A stretch of 64,000 nt of DNA from a bacterium (GTDB taxonomy: Bacteria > Patescibacteriota > Minisyncoccia > JACQLN01), in assembly GCA_030697795.1 (NCBI GenBank), contig JAUYOV010000004.1, positions 77,886 through 141,885 on the forward strand, written 5' to 3'. Below, piece by piece: positions 51,210 through 61,681 of this stretch; the first letter of the stretch is position 1, and each line of letters begins with the position of its first letter. The notes under the pieces were generated by a model that worked only from the letters and a program-made list of their open reading frames with translations, had not been told where the DNA came from and searched no databases. The position numbers were made by a program, and so were the translations under genes.

Positions 51210-51458
51210 TTATTGGGAATTATTTTTGTGGATATTGACCCCATGGCGTTTAAGTATTTTTTTTATGTCGCCGACTTTTTTTACAGAAACAATTTCGTCC
51301 AAACTAAATTCTACATTGAAGTTTTTTTCCAATTCCGTTACCAGCACCAACCCATTAAATGAATCCCAACTTTCGATATCCTCTGGTTTGGTTGAGTCAG
51401 ATATGGTTTTAGCACTAATTTTTAAAACTTTTTCTAAAATTTCTTCAACAGTTTTCAT
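51210..51458 (-). CDS. acyl carrier protein
   Basis: ESWDSFNGLVLVTELE with the phosphopantetheine-attachment Ser. Confidence 0.7.
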   Translation of the reverse strand: MKTVEEILEKVLKISAKTISDSTKPEDIESWDSFNGLVLVTELEKNFNVEFSLDEIVSVKKVGDIKKILKRHGVNIHKNNSQ

Positions 51459-53016
51459 AGCTAATCTTTATAAAATCTGGAACTTTATAAGCTTGAGCCA
51501 AACTATGCTTATAGGATGTTACATTATCATTTTCCCTTGTTAAGTTAAAGCCGTTGTTAGGATAGAAATTTTGACAGGGTTGGTTTTTGGCAGTCGGTAT
51601 AAACTCGCCTAAAACAGATGCGGCTCCGCATGTTTTAGCTTGAGCTAAAACATGACCAAGAAAAACTTTTTCTATCTCTCTACCCAAAATTCTGCAACTC
51701 AATAAAAAATTATCTATATACCAAATACTGTCTTTAGGTTCAATCATACAAACACCCACAATACCATAATCTCCAAATTTATCTTTAACTTGTACGGTCC
51801 ACACCTTCCAACCATCGGCCACAAAATCTCCAATTTCTTTTTCTGAATAGCGCCGAGTTGTTAAATTAAACTGATTGGTTTTTTGGGTAAGTTGGGACAC
51901 TCGAGCTAAACTATTAGAGTTGATTGGAGCTATCTCAATTTTTAAATCTAGCTGTTTGAGAAAATCTTCTACACCACCCAAAGAAGATTGTAATTTTTTT
52001 CTTTTATTTTCTTCCGCATACATTTTCCCACGATTTTTATCTTCTTCGGTCAAAGCCGAAGAACTGAAACCTTGATAGCCTTTTAAGCTCTCTGGAGTCA
52101 AAACTGCAACTTCTGGAAACCTGTTTTTAATACTTTCTCTTTGGAAAGAATCATCATCAATAAAAACAAAACTATCTAAACTAATATTTAATTCCGAAGC
52201 CAACTCTATCATATTTTTAGCTTTATCTTCCCAGTTGATTTTCATTGCGATAAAATTGTTAGCCCGAAGAACCATATCCGGATGTTCATTTATTACAGAT
52301 AAAGAATCGTCATAATTATTTCTACTATTTATGGCCAAAATAATACCCTTGTTATAAAGTTCTAAAATATATTTTTGCAGATCTTGTTCGGGTTTTATTT
52401 CTTTATGATCGCTTTCACCTACGATGCCGTTCCACAAAGTATTATCTAAATCAACGACTAGGCATTTTTTTGTTGATCCGCTTATGGCAATTACTTCTGC
52501 AATAAGTTCTTTGTTTGAAAAACTTGGGAACGCTTGAGGCGCCAGCCTTAAATCGCCTAATTCTTTATATTTTGTATACCAATGATCTTTAAATTTTTCC
52601 TTAACAGTGCTGCCCCAAATAAGCTTAGTCTTAAAACCGCCATCGGATAGTTTATTAGCTAATTCTTTTATTTGATTTTTATCTATACCAATTTCATCTA
52701 TTAAAAAATAAACCAAGTCTGGTTTAAATTTATATAATTCACTTTCCAAGTTTAAAATATCTTGTGCATATTGATCATATCCTCCAAGATAAGTATCTGC
52801 CCAAATATTATAAAAAACTGCTTGAACCTTAAGAACTTCCGGCAAAGCCTGCAAAGTAAAGTTACTTAAAAAAGCCACTCTTATTTTTCTAAAATAATGT
52901 GGTTGCTTGTCGGCATAACTAGGTAATTCTTCGGCTAAAGACAAATAATCTGCCACCGAACCACCGCTTTTAGCCATCAAATTTGAAACCTCAAGTTGTA
53001 ATTCACTAAACTGCAT
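51445..53016 (-). CDS. FkbH-like HAD-IIIC phosphatase / acyltransferase (glyceryl-ACP-forming enzyme family)
   Basis: VVDLDNTLWNG HAD motif I plus a C-terminal GNAT-like domain. Confidence 0.7.
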   Translation of the reverse strand: MQFSELQLEVSNLMAKSGGSVADYLSLAEELPSYADKQPHYFRKIRVAFLSNFTLQALPEVLKVQAVFYNIWADTYLGGYDQYAQDILNLESELYKFKPDLVYFLIDEIGIDKNQIKELANKLSDGGFKTKLIWGSTVKEKFKDHWYTKYKELGDLRLAPQAFPSFSNKELIAEVIAISGSTKKCLVVDLDNTLWNGIVGESDHKEIKPEQDLQKYILELYNKGIILAINSRNNYDDSLSVINEHPDMVLRANNFIAMKINWEDKAKNMIELASELNISLDSFVFIDDDSFQRESIKNRFPEVAVLTPESLKGYQGFSSSALTEEDKNRGKMYAEENKRKKLQSSLGGVEDFLKQLDLKIEIAPINSNSLARVSQLTQKTNQFNLTTRRYSEKEIGDFVADGWKVWTVQVKDKFGDYGIVGVCMIEPKDSIWYIDNFLLSCRILGREIEKVFLGHVLAQAKTCGAASVLGEFIPTAKNQPCQNFYPNNGFNLTRENDNVTSYKHSLAQAYKVPDFIKISYENC

Positions 53017-53019
53017 AGT

Positions 53020-54117
53020 TTAATAAGGCCTATCTTGATCACCACAGCCTTTGGTGGTGTACCAATTATCTAAATTCCCTATATCTTTGTTAAAATAATT
53101 TTGATTAATAAGCTTAAAAGCGAAATTGTTCTTTGTTCTTTTTGTTCTGTTTATAGGATTCAACAATGTTGGGATAAACGAGTACGGTTGGATATCAGAA
53201 CTAGCAAAACCTGCTTCTTCTAAGGTTGACAATAAAAAATTTCCTGTAAAGAAGAAATCTACCAGATCCAAATTTTTGCCTCGGCAAAACTCTACTGTCT
53301 TTAACAGCAATTGACTCTCAACTTCTTTGTTGACCACCATATCTACTATTCTTCCAATCTTTATTCCAGTAGTTTTTTTCTCAATACCGCTTGTTACCTC
53401 CTCTATTCTTAAAACAACAAAACCCATCATTTTGTCCCCTTCGGATATGGTAAGAATATCATACTTAACTAAAGGATTATCGGCATAACGCCAGTTTAGA
53501 TACTGGCTAGAGCGATCAATAGAAATAGGATATTTTGACTTAATCTCTGCCCAAAAACTATCAAATTCTTTACCACAGCGGGTCACCACTTTAAACTTTA
53601 AGGATAAAGGATTTGAGGCATGATGGTTTTCATAAACTTTAAAATTCAAATTTTTTTGATCTGTCAGCACTTCCATTGCCCCAGAGTTTAAAATACAAAC
53701 ATATCTTTTAACATTACCAACCTTATAACCCATCTTTTCAAACAATGGCTGGGCCAAAGCATTCACATTATGATCCACCAAAAGATCGAAACCCTTCTCT
53801 GCTTCTTTTAAAAGTAAAACTCCGTAACCTAAAGATCGTAAATTTTCTTTAACAATTAAATTAGCAATCCAGTTACACTTAATTGATTTTCCAAAAAAAT
53901 TACAATCTGCCAAAAATAAACCAACTGTACCAACTAATTCCCTGTCTTTATTAAAAAGACCCAAAGAAGTATAATTTTCTTTACTTGTATTAAAAATATT
54001 ATCAAACTGCCAATCATAATACTCTTTGTTAACTAAAATATGACCATGGCGATACTGTTCTTTATTGAAAGACTCTATAATAGGCCAATCTCTTTTTTTA
54101 AGTAGTCTTATTTCCAT
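53020..54117 (-). CDS. GNAT-fold protein with two acetyltransferase-like halves (FemAB/BioF2-like)
   Basis: Fold-level resemblance only. Confidence 0.3.
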   Translation of the reverse strand: MEIRLLKKRDWPIIESFNKEQYRHGHILVNKEYYDWQFDNIFNTSKENYTSLGLFNKDRELVGTVGLFLADCNFFGKSIKCNWIANLIVKENLRSLGYGVLLLKEAEKGFDLLVDHNVNALAQPLFEKMGYKVGNVKRYVCILNSGAMEVLTDQKNLNFKVYENHHASNPLSLKFKVVTRCGKEFDSFWAEIKSKYPISIDRSSQYLNWRYADNPLVKYDILTISEGDKMMGFVVLRIEEVTSGIEKKTTGIKIGRIVDMVVNKEVESQLLLKTVEFCRGKNLDLVDFFFTGNFLLSTLEEAGFASSDIQPYSFIPTLLNPINRTKRTKNNFAFKLINQNYFNKDIGNLDNWYTTKGCGDQDRPY

Positions 54118-54338
54118 TTTTGAATTGTAGATGCTATATTTTCTACTGAATTAAAGTTATCGGAACCAATTTCTTCCATGTTAACCCTGATACCCAATTC
54201 TGTTTCAATAAAACTAATCAGTCGAATCATATTAAAAGAATCCAATAAACCATTTTTGATTAAATCAGTGTTATCGTCTTCAACCTTCTTTTGAGTTTCT
54301 TTTTCTAAAAATACTTTAATTGTTTCTTTGATATTCAT
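54108..54338 (-). CDS. D-alanyl-carrier-protein-like small carrier protein
   Basis: GLLDSFNMIRLISFIE Ser motif; sits directly downstream of the adenylating enzyme. Confidence 0.65.
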   Translation of the reverse strand: MNIKETIKVFLEKETQKKVEDDNTDLIKNGLLDSFNMIRLISFIETELGIRVNMEEIGSDNFNSVENIASTIQKWK

Positions 54339-55830
54339 CTTTTAATTTAGGGCGATCTATTTTACCAGTGCTAGTGCGAGGCAAAGAAGATCTTAATTCT
54401 ATTGTGTGGGGAATCATATAATCTGGCAATATACGGGCTAGATCGATTTTAATTTCGCTAACTGATTTTGGCTCTTTGATACTAACGTAAGCAACTATTT
54501 TTGTTCCTCCAGTCTCAATCACGCTAACAGCTACTACACCTGCATCTTGCACATACGGTAAAGAATACAAAGCTGATTCTATATCACCAAGCTCAATACG
54601 ATGCCCCATAACTTTTACCTGAAAATCTTTGCGCCCAATAAATTCATAATTACCATCGTTAAGTAATCTAACTAAATCGCCAGTTTTATAAACTCGACCC
54701 TTGCCAGTAAAATTTAAAAAAGAAGTTTTAGTCTTTTCTGGATTATTCCAGTAACCCAAACCAACCCCCAAGCCACCAACATATAATTCTCCTTCTTCCC
54801 CTGCTTTTGCAATGGTGCCATCATCTTTTACTGCAAACACCTCTACACCTCTTTGCGCCTTGCCTATCGGTACTAATTTAGAAAAGTCTATCGGTGGTTG
54901 CTGTATTCTATAGAACGTACACTGGACAGTTGTTTCGGTTGGTCCATACATATTTACAAATTCTTTATCTGGAAAAGTGTTCATCCAACTAGCCAAAAAT
55001 TTGGTGGGAAACCCTTCTCCATTAAAAAATATTTTTTTAATGGAGGGCATACGTCCAACTTTAATCACACCAGCTGTAAACATATAAACCATCACCGACG
55101 GCACTGAATCCCAAATAGTAAGTTTGTTTTCTTCTATAAATTTTAACAACTGGCCGGGGAAAAGAGACAGTTCTTCTGGAACTAAACATAACGTAGCACC
55201 CGACTTGAAAGCACAGTATAGATCAAAAGTAGAAAGATCAAAATGCAAAGGCGGATGCTGGGACATCTTGTCTTCTGGTTTAATATCCAACTCTGCCACC
55301 GCCCAATCTGTGGCGTTTATAATATTGGCATGAGTTATCATCACACCTTTAGGTTTGCCTGTAGAACCAGAAGTATAAAGAATATACGCTAGATCACCGG
55401 AGTTATTCTGATAATCCAATTCTGATTCTGATTGAGAGGTAATAAAACTAGCTTCAGCGTCCAAATTAAGAATGCTACCCAGACCCACAACCAAGCTCGC
55501 AGTATCAGAATCACAGATTATAATTTTGGGTTCAGCATCGGCCACCACCTGCCTCAAACGATCTTTAGGCGAATGTGCGTCTAATGGCACATAAACCGCA
55601 TCCGATTTAAGAATGCCCAAAATAACCTGAATTGACTTAGTAGATTTATGCAGACAGAAAGCCACTCTATCATTTCTTTCTATTTTTTTTATTTTTAAGG
55701 CGCGAGCTAATTGATTACTGGATTTTTCTAATTCGGAAAAAGTCGAATTAACATCACCAAAGTTAACAGTGATTTTGTTAGGATATTTTTTAGCAGATTC
55801 GGAAAAATATTCTTGGACTAATTTAACCAT
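54316..55830 (-). CDS. stand-alone adenylation (AMP-binding) enzyme, DltA-like carrier-protein ligase
   Basis: YTSGSTGKPKGV, YGPTE and YKTGDLVR core motifs. Confidence 0.85.
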   Translation of the reverse strand: MVKLVQEYFSESAKKYPNKITVNFGDVNSTFSELEKSSNQLARALKIKKIERNDRVAFCLHKSTKSIQVILGILKSDAVYVPLDAHSPKDRLRQVVADAEPKIIICDSDTASLVVGLGSILNLDAEASFITSQSESELDYQNNSGDLAYILYTSGSTGKPKGVMITHANIINATDWAVAELDIKPEDKMSQHPPLHFDLSTFDLYCAFKSGATLCLVPEELSLFPGQLLKFIEENKLTIWDSVPSVMVYMFTAGVIKVGRMPSIKKIFFNGEGFPTKFLASWMNTFPDKEFVNMYGPTETTVQCTFYRIQQPPIDFSKLVPIGKAQRGVEVFAVKDDGTIAKAGEEGELYVGGLGVGLGYWNNPEKTKTSFLNFTGKGRVYKTGDLVRLLNDGNYEFIGRKDFQVKVMGHRIELGDIESALYSLPYVQDAGVVAVSVIETGGTKIVAYVSIKEPKSVSEIKIDLARILPDYMIPHTIELRSSLPRTSTGKIDRPKLKDEYQRNN

Positions 55831-56153
55831 AATGCCATAGCTATCGCATGTTTTTTAGTGTGCGACAAAGATATTAAAAACTTGCCTTTTTGACCTTTAA
55901 CTTTTGCGCTGGGAACACCGTCTTGGCTGCTAGTAATTCCTATGTCGATCAAATCTTTTAATCTTAAGCCGACTGCTTTAATAATAGCTTCCTTAACTGC
56001 AAAACGCACAGCAAAATGGGGGTAGGGATCGACTTTAGACAAACAATAATTTATTTCAGCAAAAGTAAAAATCTTTTTATAAAAAGACTGATTGCTTTTA
56101 TACGGCAATTTTCTAAAGCGGCCAACTTCTTCAATATCTATACCTATTTCCAT
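55818..56153 (-). CDS. acpS: 4'-phosphopantetheinyl transferase (holo-ACP synthase, AcpS type)
   Basis: GIDIEEV...FAVKEAIIKA motifs in a 111 aa protein. Confidence 0.75.
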   Translation of the reverse strand: MEIGIDIEEVGRFRKLPYKSNQSFYKKIFTFAEINYCLSKVDPYPHFAVRFAVKEAIIKAVGLRLKDLIDIGITSSQDGVPSAKVKGQKGKFLISLSHTKKHAIAMALWLN

Positions 56154-56602
56154 GGTAAATTTATTCTGTAAAAATTGGTTTCCTTCTTTATAAAGCCCAT
56201 ACTTATATACATAGCATTGGACTCTATTCTAACTGGGTTAGTCCGAACACTGATGTGTTTGGCCTTTTTCGCCATGGCAATCTCTATTAATTTCTCGGTC
56301 AATTTGCGTCCCAAACCTTTGCCACGATAGGCCATATCGACTACAACATCTTCAATAACTGAAATAGCCCCCGTAGGAATATAAACTAAATACACAGTGG
56401 CCATAGCAATAATTCTGGATAACTTTTGGCTAGAATCAACAACCGTAACAAGATAAACATTATTTTGTTTCAGTAAACGCTTGAGTCTAGCGGGCGTAAG
56501 AAGTTTGGGAGGCACGCTTGAAAGCGCCAACTGTGGCAGAAGTTGGTTGATATCTTGAAGAACCTTTGTGCTAAACTTTCTTAAAATTTGTATTTTAAAC
56601 AT
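56144..56602 (-). CDS. GNAT acetyltransferase, paralogue 2
   Basis: YRGKGLGRKLTE motif; collinear with 47406-47864. Confidence 0.75.
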   Translation of the reverse strand: MFKIQILRKFSTKVLQDINQLLPQLALSSVPPKLLTPARLKRLLKQNNVYLVTVVDSSQKLSRIIAMATVYLVYIPTGAISVIEDVVVDMAYRGKGLGRKLTEKLIEIAMAKKAKHISVRTNPVRIESNAMYISMGFIKKETNFYRINLPWK

Positions 56603-56609
56603 ATTTATT

Positions 56610-57962
56610 TTAGCTAAGCCGTTTTATTAAAAAATCAGCTACTCGTCTGCCGGCTTGGCCATCAACACTTAAACATTGTGAACTAACTAATTTCCTCCTA
56701 CCTTCATTATCTAATCTGGGATCATCTAAATAGTTATTCAACCATTTTACTAACTCGTTTTCGTTATTGGCTAAACGAACCCCCCCAGTTTTTAAAATAA
56801 ATTGATAGTGAGCTACTTTATAAGCCCATAAAACAAAATTCATGGGATGGATCTTTCGTTCAAATTTTATATTAATTATAGGCTTATCAAAAATAGCTGC
56901 GTCAATCATCATAGTTGAAGGATAACCCACTACCACATCCGAATAATAAAGAGTATCAGCCAAACTCCTAAAATCGGCAAAATTCATATCCCAATCCATA
57001 CCCCTTTTACTGGAAAATCTCTTACCGGGAATTTGGAATATAAACTTATTTTTATAACTCTTTTTAACCACCACTTCATCATTGGGAGGAAATCTAACAA
57101 TCACTTGACAAGGAAAATTCAAGCGTCCGCTAGATATTATTTCATCAAAAAACTCTAACATATCCCAATCGTCATCACTAGCTGTTCGGCCTACTGGTAA
57201 ATAGAGAATATTTTTTTTATCTCGACTTAAACCTAATTTTTCATAAAACTGATCGGCTGGTGTTCTTTTTTCTTTAAAATAATAATCAAAATGGGGCACA
57301 CCTACTGCAATTATTTGTCTTTCTGGAATATCAATGTATTTTACAGCATCATCTTTAACTAAATCATTATGAACCATCAACCAATCCGGCAGAAGTCTTA
57401 CCATGGCTCGAGCTGTTATTTTATCCCAGGAATTAATAAGGCCTACGGTAGTAACCCCCCTATGTTTAGCTTCACGGAGCATGGCAATTTCAACACCACC
57501 AAAAAGATGCGCCAAAAATACTAGACTGGGTTTATATTTATCAAAGTAAGAAGAGAAAAAATCTTCCGAAATAAGATACCAATCCAGCCAGCGTACAATC
57601 CGACGAAAAAACCTTCTAGCAAAAATACGATTAAAAAAGTATCGATATAGAAACTTAATAAAGCTTTTATCTGAGTTGAATAACAACTTTCTTTTAATAT
57701 CAATTGTGGCAGTGTTAATTAGGTTAAATTTGATAGCACCGAATAACTTTTGTAATAAACCTTTAGCAATATAGTTCTCAATTACTTGATAAACAATATT
57801 TGGACCATTAAATTCTTTCTTATAATATTCTTTCTTGGCTTCGCTATCAACAAATAAAACCAACCTGACATAAGGGGTCTTAGCCAATTTTTTATAAATG
57901 TCGGTGCGTAATATATTTCTAGCTTCTACACCTTGAAAAATTGTTACAAAAATAGTCTTCAC
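56610..57962 (-). CDS. CDP-polyol phosphotransferase, TagF-like, paralogue 3
   Basis: INSWDKIT, GVPHFD, STMMIDAAIFDKP. Confidence 0.65.
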   Translation of the reverse strand: MKTIFVTIFQGVEARNILRTDIYKKLAKTPYVRLVLFVDSEAKKEYYKKEFNGPNIVYQVIENYIAKGLLQKLFGAIKFNLINTATIDIKRKLLFNSDKSFIKFLYRYFFNRIFARRFFRRIVRWLDWYLISEDFFSSYFDKYKPSLVFLAHLFGGVEIAMLREAKHRGVTTVGLINSWDKITARAMVRLLPDWLMVHNDLVKDDAVKYIDIPERQIIAVGVPHFDYYFKEKRTPADQFYEKLGLSRDKKNILYLPVGRTASDDDWDMLEFFDEIISSGRLNFPCQVIVRFPPNDEVVVKKSYKNKFIFQIPGKRFSSKRGMDWDMNFADFRSLADTLYYSDVVVGYPSTMMIDAAIFDKPIINIKFERKIHPMNFVLWAYKVAHYQFILKTGGVRLANNENELVKWLNNYLDDPRLDNEGRRKLVSSQCLSVDGQAGRRVADFLIKRLS

Positions 57963-58069
57963 TTAAATCCCGTTGTGGGCTACAATATAACCTCAACTGA
58001 GTTAAATTTGTCGCAAGTAAAACGAGCATATTCTGCCTCTTAATTAAAATGATAATATACACATAACCT

Positions 58070-58678
58070 ATGAAAATAACCGATATACTGGAGCATCCAG
58101 TCGTTTGGCAACCATTCAGAAAAATCATAGATATTTTGTTTGGTATTTATAGAAAACGACAAGCCATAATAAGACAATTCGGCATTACCAATCAGCTTTC
58201 TGTTGTTGATGTAGCCTGTGGCACTGGTCAATATAGTACTATCACTGATTTTCAGTACTTGGGAATTGACCTCAGCGAAAAATATATAGAAACCGCAAAA
58301 AAATTGTATGGCAAAGACAATAAAACATTTTTATGCGCTGACGCTAACACCTCTAAAATTTCGGACGGCTCTTATGATGTTGCCCTATTAATTGATGCCA
58401 CTCATCACCTTTCTGATGAAGAAAATAGAATCTTAATTAAAACTCTTAATAAAATAGCCTCACAATTTATAGTTATTTGCGATCCAGTTACCCAAAGTAA
58501 GAATAATCTGATTGGAAGATTCTTAGCCTATATGGATAGAGGAGAATACATTAGACCAACTAAAGTGTTATCGGATCTTATCTCGGAAACGCTTGATATA
58601 AAAAAAATAGTTCTACTAAAAATGATGGGAACGGAGAGTGTGTGCATTCTGGCTAAACCCAGAGATAAGACTCGATAA
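58070..58678 (+). CDS. class I SAM-dependent methyltransferase
   Basis: VVDVACGTGQYS motif I. Confidence 0.7.
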   Translation: MKITDILEHPVVWQPFRKIIDILFGIYRKRQAIIRQFGITNQLSVVDVACGTGQYSTITDFQYLGIDLSEKYIETAKKLYGKDNKTFLCADANTSKISDGSYDVALLIDATHHLSDEENRILIKTLNKIASQFIVICDPVTQSKNNLIGRFLAYMDRGEYIRPTKVLSDLISETLDIKKIVLLKMMGTESVCILAKPRDKTR

Positions 58679-58682
58679 AACA

Positions 58683-59993
58683 CTATTTATACTGGTTAAG
58701 AAAAGAACCTAGTACACCAATCATGTAATCCAGCTTGATTTTATCAATACCCTGATACACGCCCACCCAGAAAGAATTATTTAAAACATAATCTGTGTTG
58801 GTTAAATCACCCTGTCTAAACTTAATTTGATAGATACGAAAATAAGGTTGTTTGATAATATTGCCCGTAAAAAGCATCCGAGTGCCAATATTGTGTTGAT
58901 GCAAATAATCCAGCATCTCACGGCGGCTAAAAGGACAGTCGAACTTAAGTGTTATCATAAAACCAAACCAGGAGGGCAAAGAGAATTTTTCTATCCTAGG
59001 TAACAACAAAAATTTATCATAAGCCGACAAAAATTTATATAGTTTTTCGAAATTTGCGGCGCGAATTTTAGCAAATTTATCTAGTTTATCTAATTGCGCT
59101 AAACCCAAAGCCGCCTGAATATCGGTGGTTTTAAGATTATAGCCAACTTCGGAAAAAATAAATTTATCATCATAATCAGCTGGCAATTCGGTATGTTTAT
59201 TAGATGTACCAAGACCAGTGTCCTGACGTTTATCTTCACCGGTCTTAAACCAATACTCTCGCCCCCAGTCACGCAGGGATCTGGTAATTCTAGCTAGTTT
59301 GGGATCATTGGTAACTACAGCCCCGCCTTCGCCGGTAGTTATATGGTGAGCGGCGTAAAAACTAAATGTAGCCAAATCACCAAAGCTACCTACCATTTTA
59401 CCTCTATATTTACCGCCCAAAGCGTCACAACAATCTTCAACCAACCATAGATTATGCTGTCGGCAGATTTTTTTTACAGCATCAACATTAAAAGGATTGC
59501 CTAAGTGATGAGGTAAAAAAATTGCCTTAGTTTTTTTTGAAATCAGCTGGGCCAGTTGTTTGACATCAATATTGTTCGTGCCTAATTCAATATCTATAAA
59601 AACCGGAATCAACTGATGAAGAATCAAAGGGTTAACCGTTGTTGGGAAAGCCGCAGCTAGAGTGATAACCTCATCGCCTGGTTTTAACCTACGTTCATCT
59701 AAGTTAGCAGAGGTTAAAGCTGAAATCGCCAAAAGATTAGCCGAAGAACCGGAATTGGTCATTAAACAATGTTTTACACCGATAAGCTCAGCCAGTTTAT
59801 TTTCAAATTCAGCAGCAAAACGTCCCTCCGTCCACCAACCATCCAAAACTGCTTCGGTCATAGCTAAAAGTTCTTTATGGTCAAAACTCTTACCTGAAGC
59901 CGGTATATGAACTTTACCTGGAATAAACTTTTTTTTGCTTGCCAAAGATTTACGGTAGTGGTCTATAATATTTTTCTTTAGTTCGCTGTTCAT
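58683..59993 (-). CDS. DegT/DnrJ/EryC1/StrS family PLP-dependent sugar aminotransferase/dehydrase
   Basis: Whole-length family resemblance, including the ...HHITTGEGG... block. Confidence 0.85.
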   Translation of the reverse strand: MNSELKKNIIDHYRKSLASKKKFIPGKVHIPASGKSFDHKELLAMTEAVLDGWWTEGRFAAEFENKLAELIGVKHCLMTNSGSSANLLAISALTSANLDERRLKPGDEVITLAAAFPTTVNPLILHQLIPVFIDIELGTNNIDVKQLAQLISKKTKAIFLPHHLGNPFNVDAVKKICRQHNLWLVEDCCDALGGKYRGKMVGSFGDLATFSFYAAHHITTGEGGAVVTNDPKLARITRSLRDWGREYWFKTGEDKRQDTGLGTSNKHTELPADYDDKFIFSEVGYNLKTTDIQAALGLAQLDKLDKFAKIRAANFEKLYKFLSAYDKFLLLPRIEKFSLPSWFGFMITLKFDCPFSRREMLDYLHQHNIGTRMLFTGNIIKQPYFRIYQIKFRQGDLTNTDYVLNNSFWVGVYQGIDKIKLDYMIGVLGSFLNQYK

Positions 59994-59999
59994 AAAAAT

Positions 60000-61175
60000 C
60001 TATACCTTATTATTTAACAATGCGGATAAACGATTAACACCTTCGGTAATTTTGGCTGTAGAAGTTACAAAGGCCAGGCGTACATAGCCCTCACCATTAG
60101 CGCCAAAATCTGTACCTGGTAACACAGCCACGCCAGCTTTATCTAGAGCTAACTTTGAAAACTCTAGACTGGTCATGCCTGTTTCTTTAATATTAACAAA
60201 AGCATAAAAAGCGCCCTCTGGTAAAATACACGATATGCTGGGAATAGCATTTATACCATCAACCAAAATATCTCGGCGTTTTTTAAGTTCAAACAACAAA
60301 GAACTAATGGCTGTCTGATCACCCTTAAGAGCGGCTACTCCAGCATGCTGAATAAATGGGGGCACATTAGATATAACCATCTCAACCATCAAGCCTAGCT
60401 TCTTAGCAATCTCAATAGGGGCAATAGCATAACCTAATCTCCAGCCGGTCATAGCATAAGCTTTAGAAAAACCGTTAAGTATAATGGTTCTTTCTTTGCA
60501 ATGATCGTGAATAGAAATTGATTCGTGAGGTTTATCGTAAACCATTTTAGAATAAATCTCGTCACTTAGACTTAGAATATAAATATTATTTTTCTGACAC
60601 AGCTTATATATCTCCGCCAAATCTTCACCACTTATAACTGCTCCGGTAGGATTTCCTGGCGAGTTTAAAATTAATAAACGACATTCTGGAGTAATAACTT
60701 TTTCTAAGTCGGCTACCTTCATTTTAAAGCTATTTTTTTCGTGTAACGGAACTATTTTAGCTTTAACACCAATAAAGTCAAATGTGGAGAAATAAGATGA
60801 ATAGCTCGGATCAGCCACAATTACCGCCTCGCCGGGATTAACTAAAGCTTTAACTACAAAGTAAATAAACGATTTAGCTGGCGCTACCACCACCTGATCT
60901 ATAGCCGGCTCCCAACCTAAACTATCAAATGTACTTTGGCAGATTGCTTCACGAAGTTCAAAAATCCCGCTAGGATTTACATAATGGGTATCACCCCGCC
61001 TTAAAGAATCAATGGCTGTATCAATAACATGGCTGGGGGTATTAAAATCCGGGTCACCAATTTCAAAATGAATAATATCCAGACCTAAACTTTCTAATTC
61101 TTTAGTTCTAGCCGATATTTTAAATGTGGAACTACCCACAAGTTTTTGAGCATCAGACGAAAAATTGTGATCCAT
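60000..61175 (-). CDS. class I/II PLP-dependent aminotransferase
   Basis: NSPGNPTG and SKAYAMTGWRLGY (PLP-binding Lys) motifs. Confidence 0.8.
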   Translation of the reverse strand: MDHNFSSDAQKLVGSSTFKISARTKELESLGLDIIHFEIGDPDFNTPSHVIDTAIDSLRRGDTHYVNPSGIFELREAICQSTFDSLGWEPAIDQVVVAPAKSFIYFVVKALVNPGEAVIVADPSYSSYFSTFDFIGVKAKIVPLHEKNSFKMKVADLEKVITPECRLLILNSPGNPTGAVISGEDLAEIYKLCQKNNIYILSLSDEIYSKMVYDKPHESISIHDHCKERTIILNGFSKAYAMTGWRLGYAIAPIEIAKKLGLMVEMVISNVPPFIQHAGVAALKGDQTAISSLLFELKKRRDILVDGINAIPSISCILPEGAFYAFVNIKETGMTSLEFSKLALDKAGVAVLPGTDFGANGEGYVRLAFVTSTAKITEGVNRLSALLNNKV

Positions 61176-61195
61176 CAGTTTGTTCCCTAAGATTT

Positions 61196-61681
61196 TTATA
61201 ATCTTATATAGGTTGGATTATTGGTCAAATAACTACTACTAATTATTTCCACAACTTCCTCTGGAGTTTCTGGAATATGAATTTTAAGGTTCGGCAAATG
61301 ACTTAAAATCTTAATATCTTCGTCTGGACTGATATTGTGTGAGAATCCGTAAAACTTATAGTGGACATTGCCTCTCACCCCTAAAACTTTTACATTGGCG
61401 TTGTTATAACAAACATCATTTCGCAACTGCTCAAAATTCCTCATAGTCACAAAAGGCACCATGGAATAAACATACGGTTTCCAACCCGAAAGAGCCAAGC
61501 CGGCCGCCAAGCCCATAAACGATTGTTCGGTTACACCAGCATTGAGAAACTGGTTAGGAAATTCTTTACCGAAATCTTCAATATAGGAAAAACCAACATC
61601 ACCAACTATTAAAATAATTCTATCGTCCTTATAGGCTAATTTGGTTAAAGTTTCTATAAAAGCTTGTCTAGTGTTTGTCAT
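61196..61681 (-). CDS. transketolase, C-terminal (pyrimidine-binding) subunit of a split enzyme
   Basis: Homology; 4-nt overlap with the N-terminal subunit gene. Confidence 0.8.
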   Translation of the reverse strand: MTNTRQAFIETLTKLAYKDDRIILIVGDVGFSYIEDFGKEFPNQFLNAGVTEQSFMGLAAGLALSGWKPYVYSMVPFVTMRNFEQLRNDVCYNNANVKVLGVRGNVHYKFYGFSHNISPDEDIKILSHLPNLKIHIPETPEEVVEIISSSYLTNNPTYIRL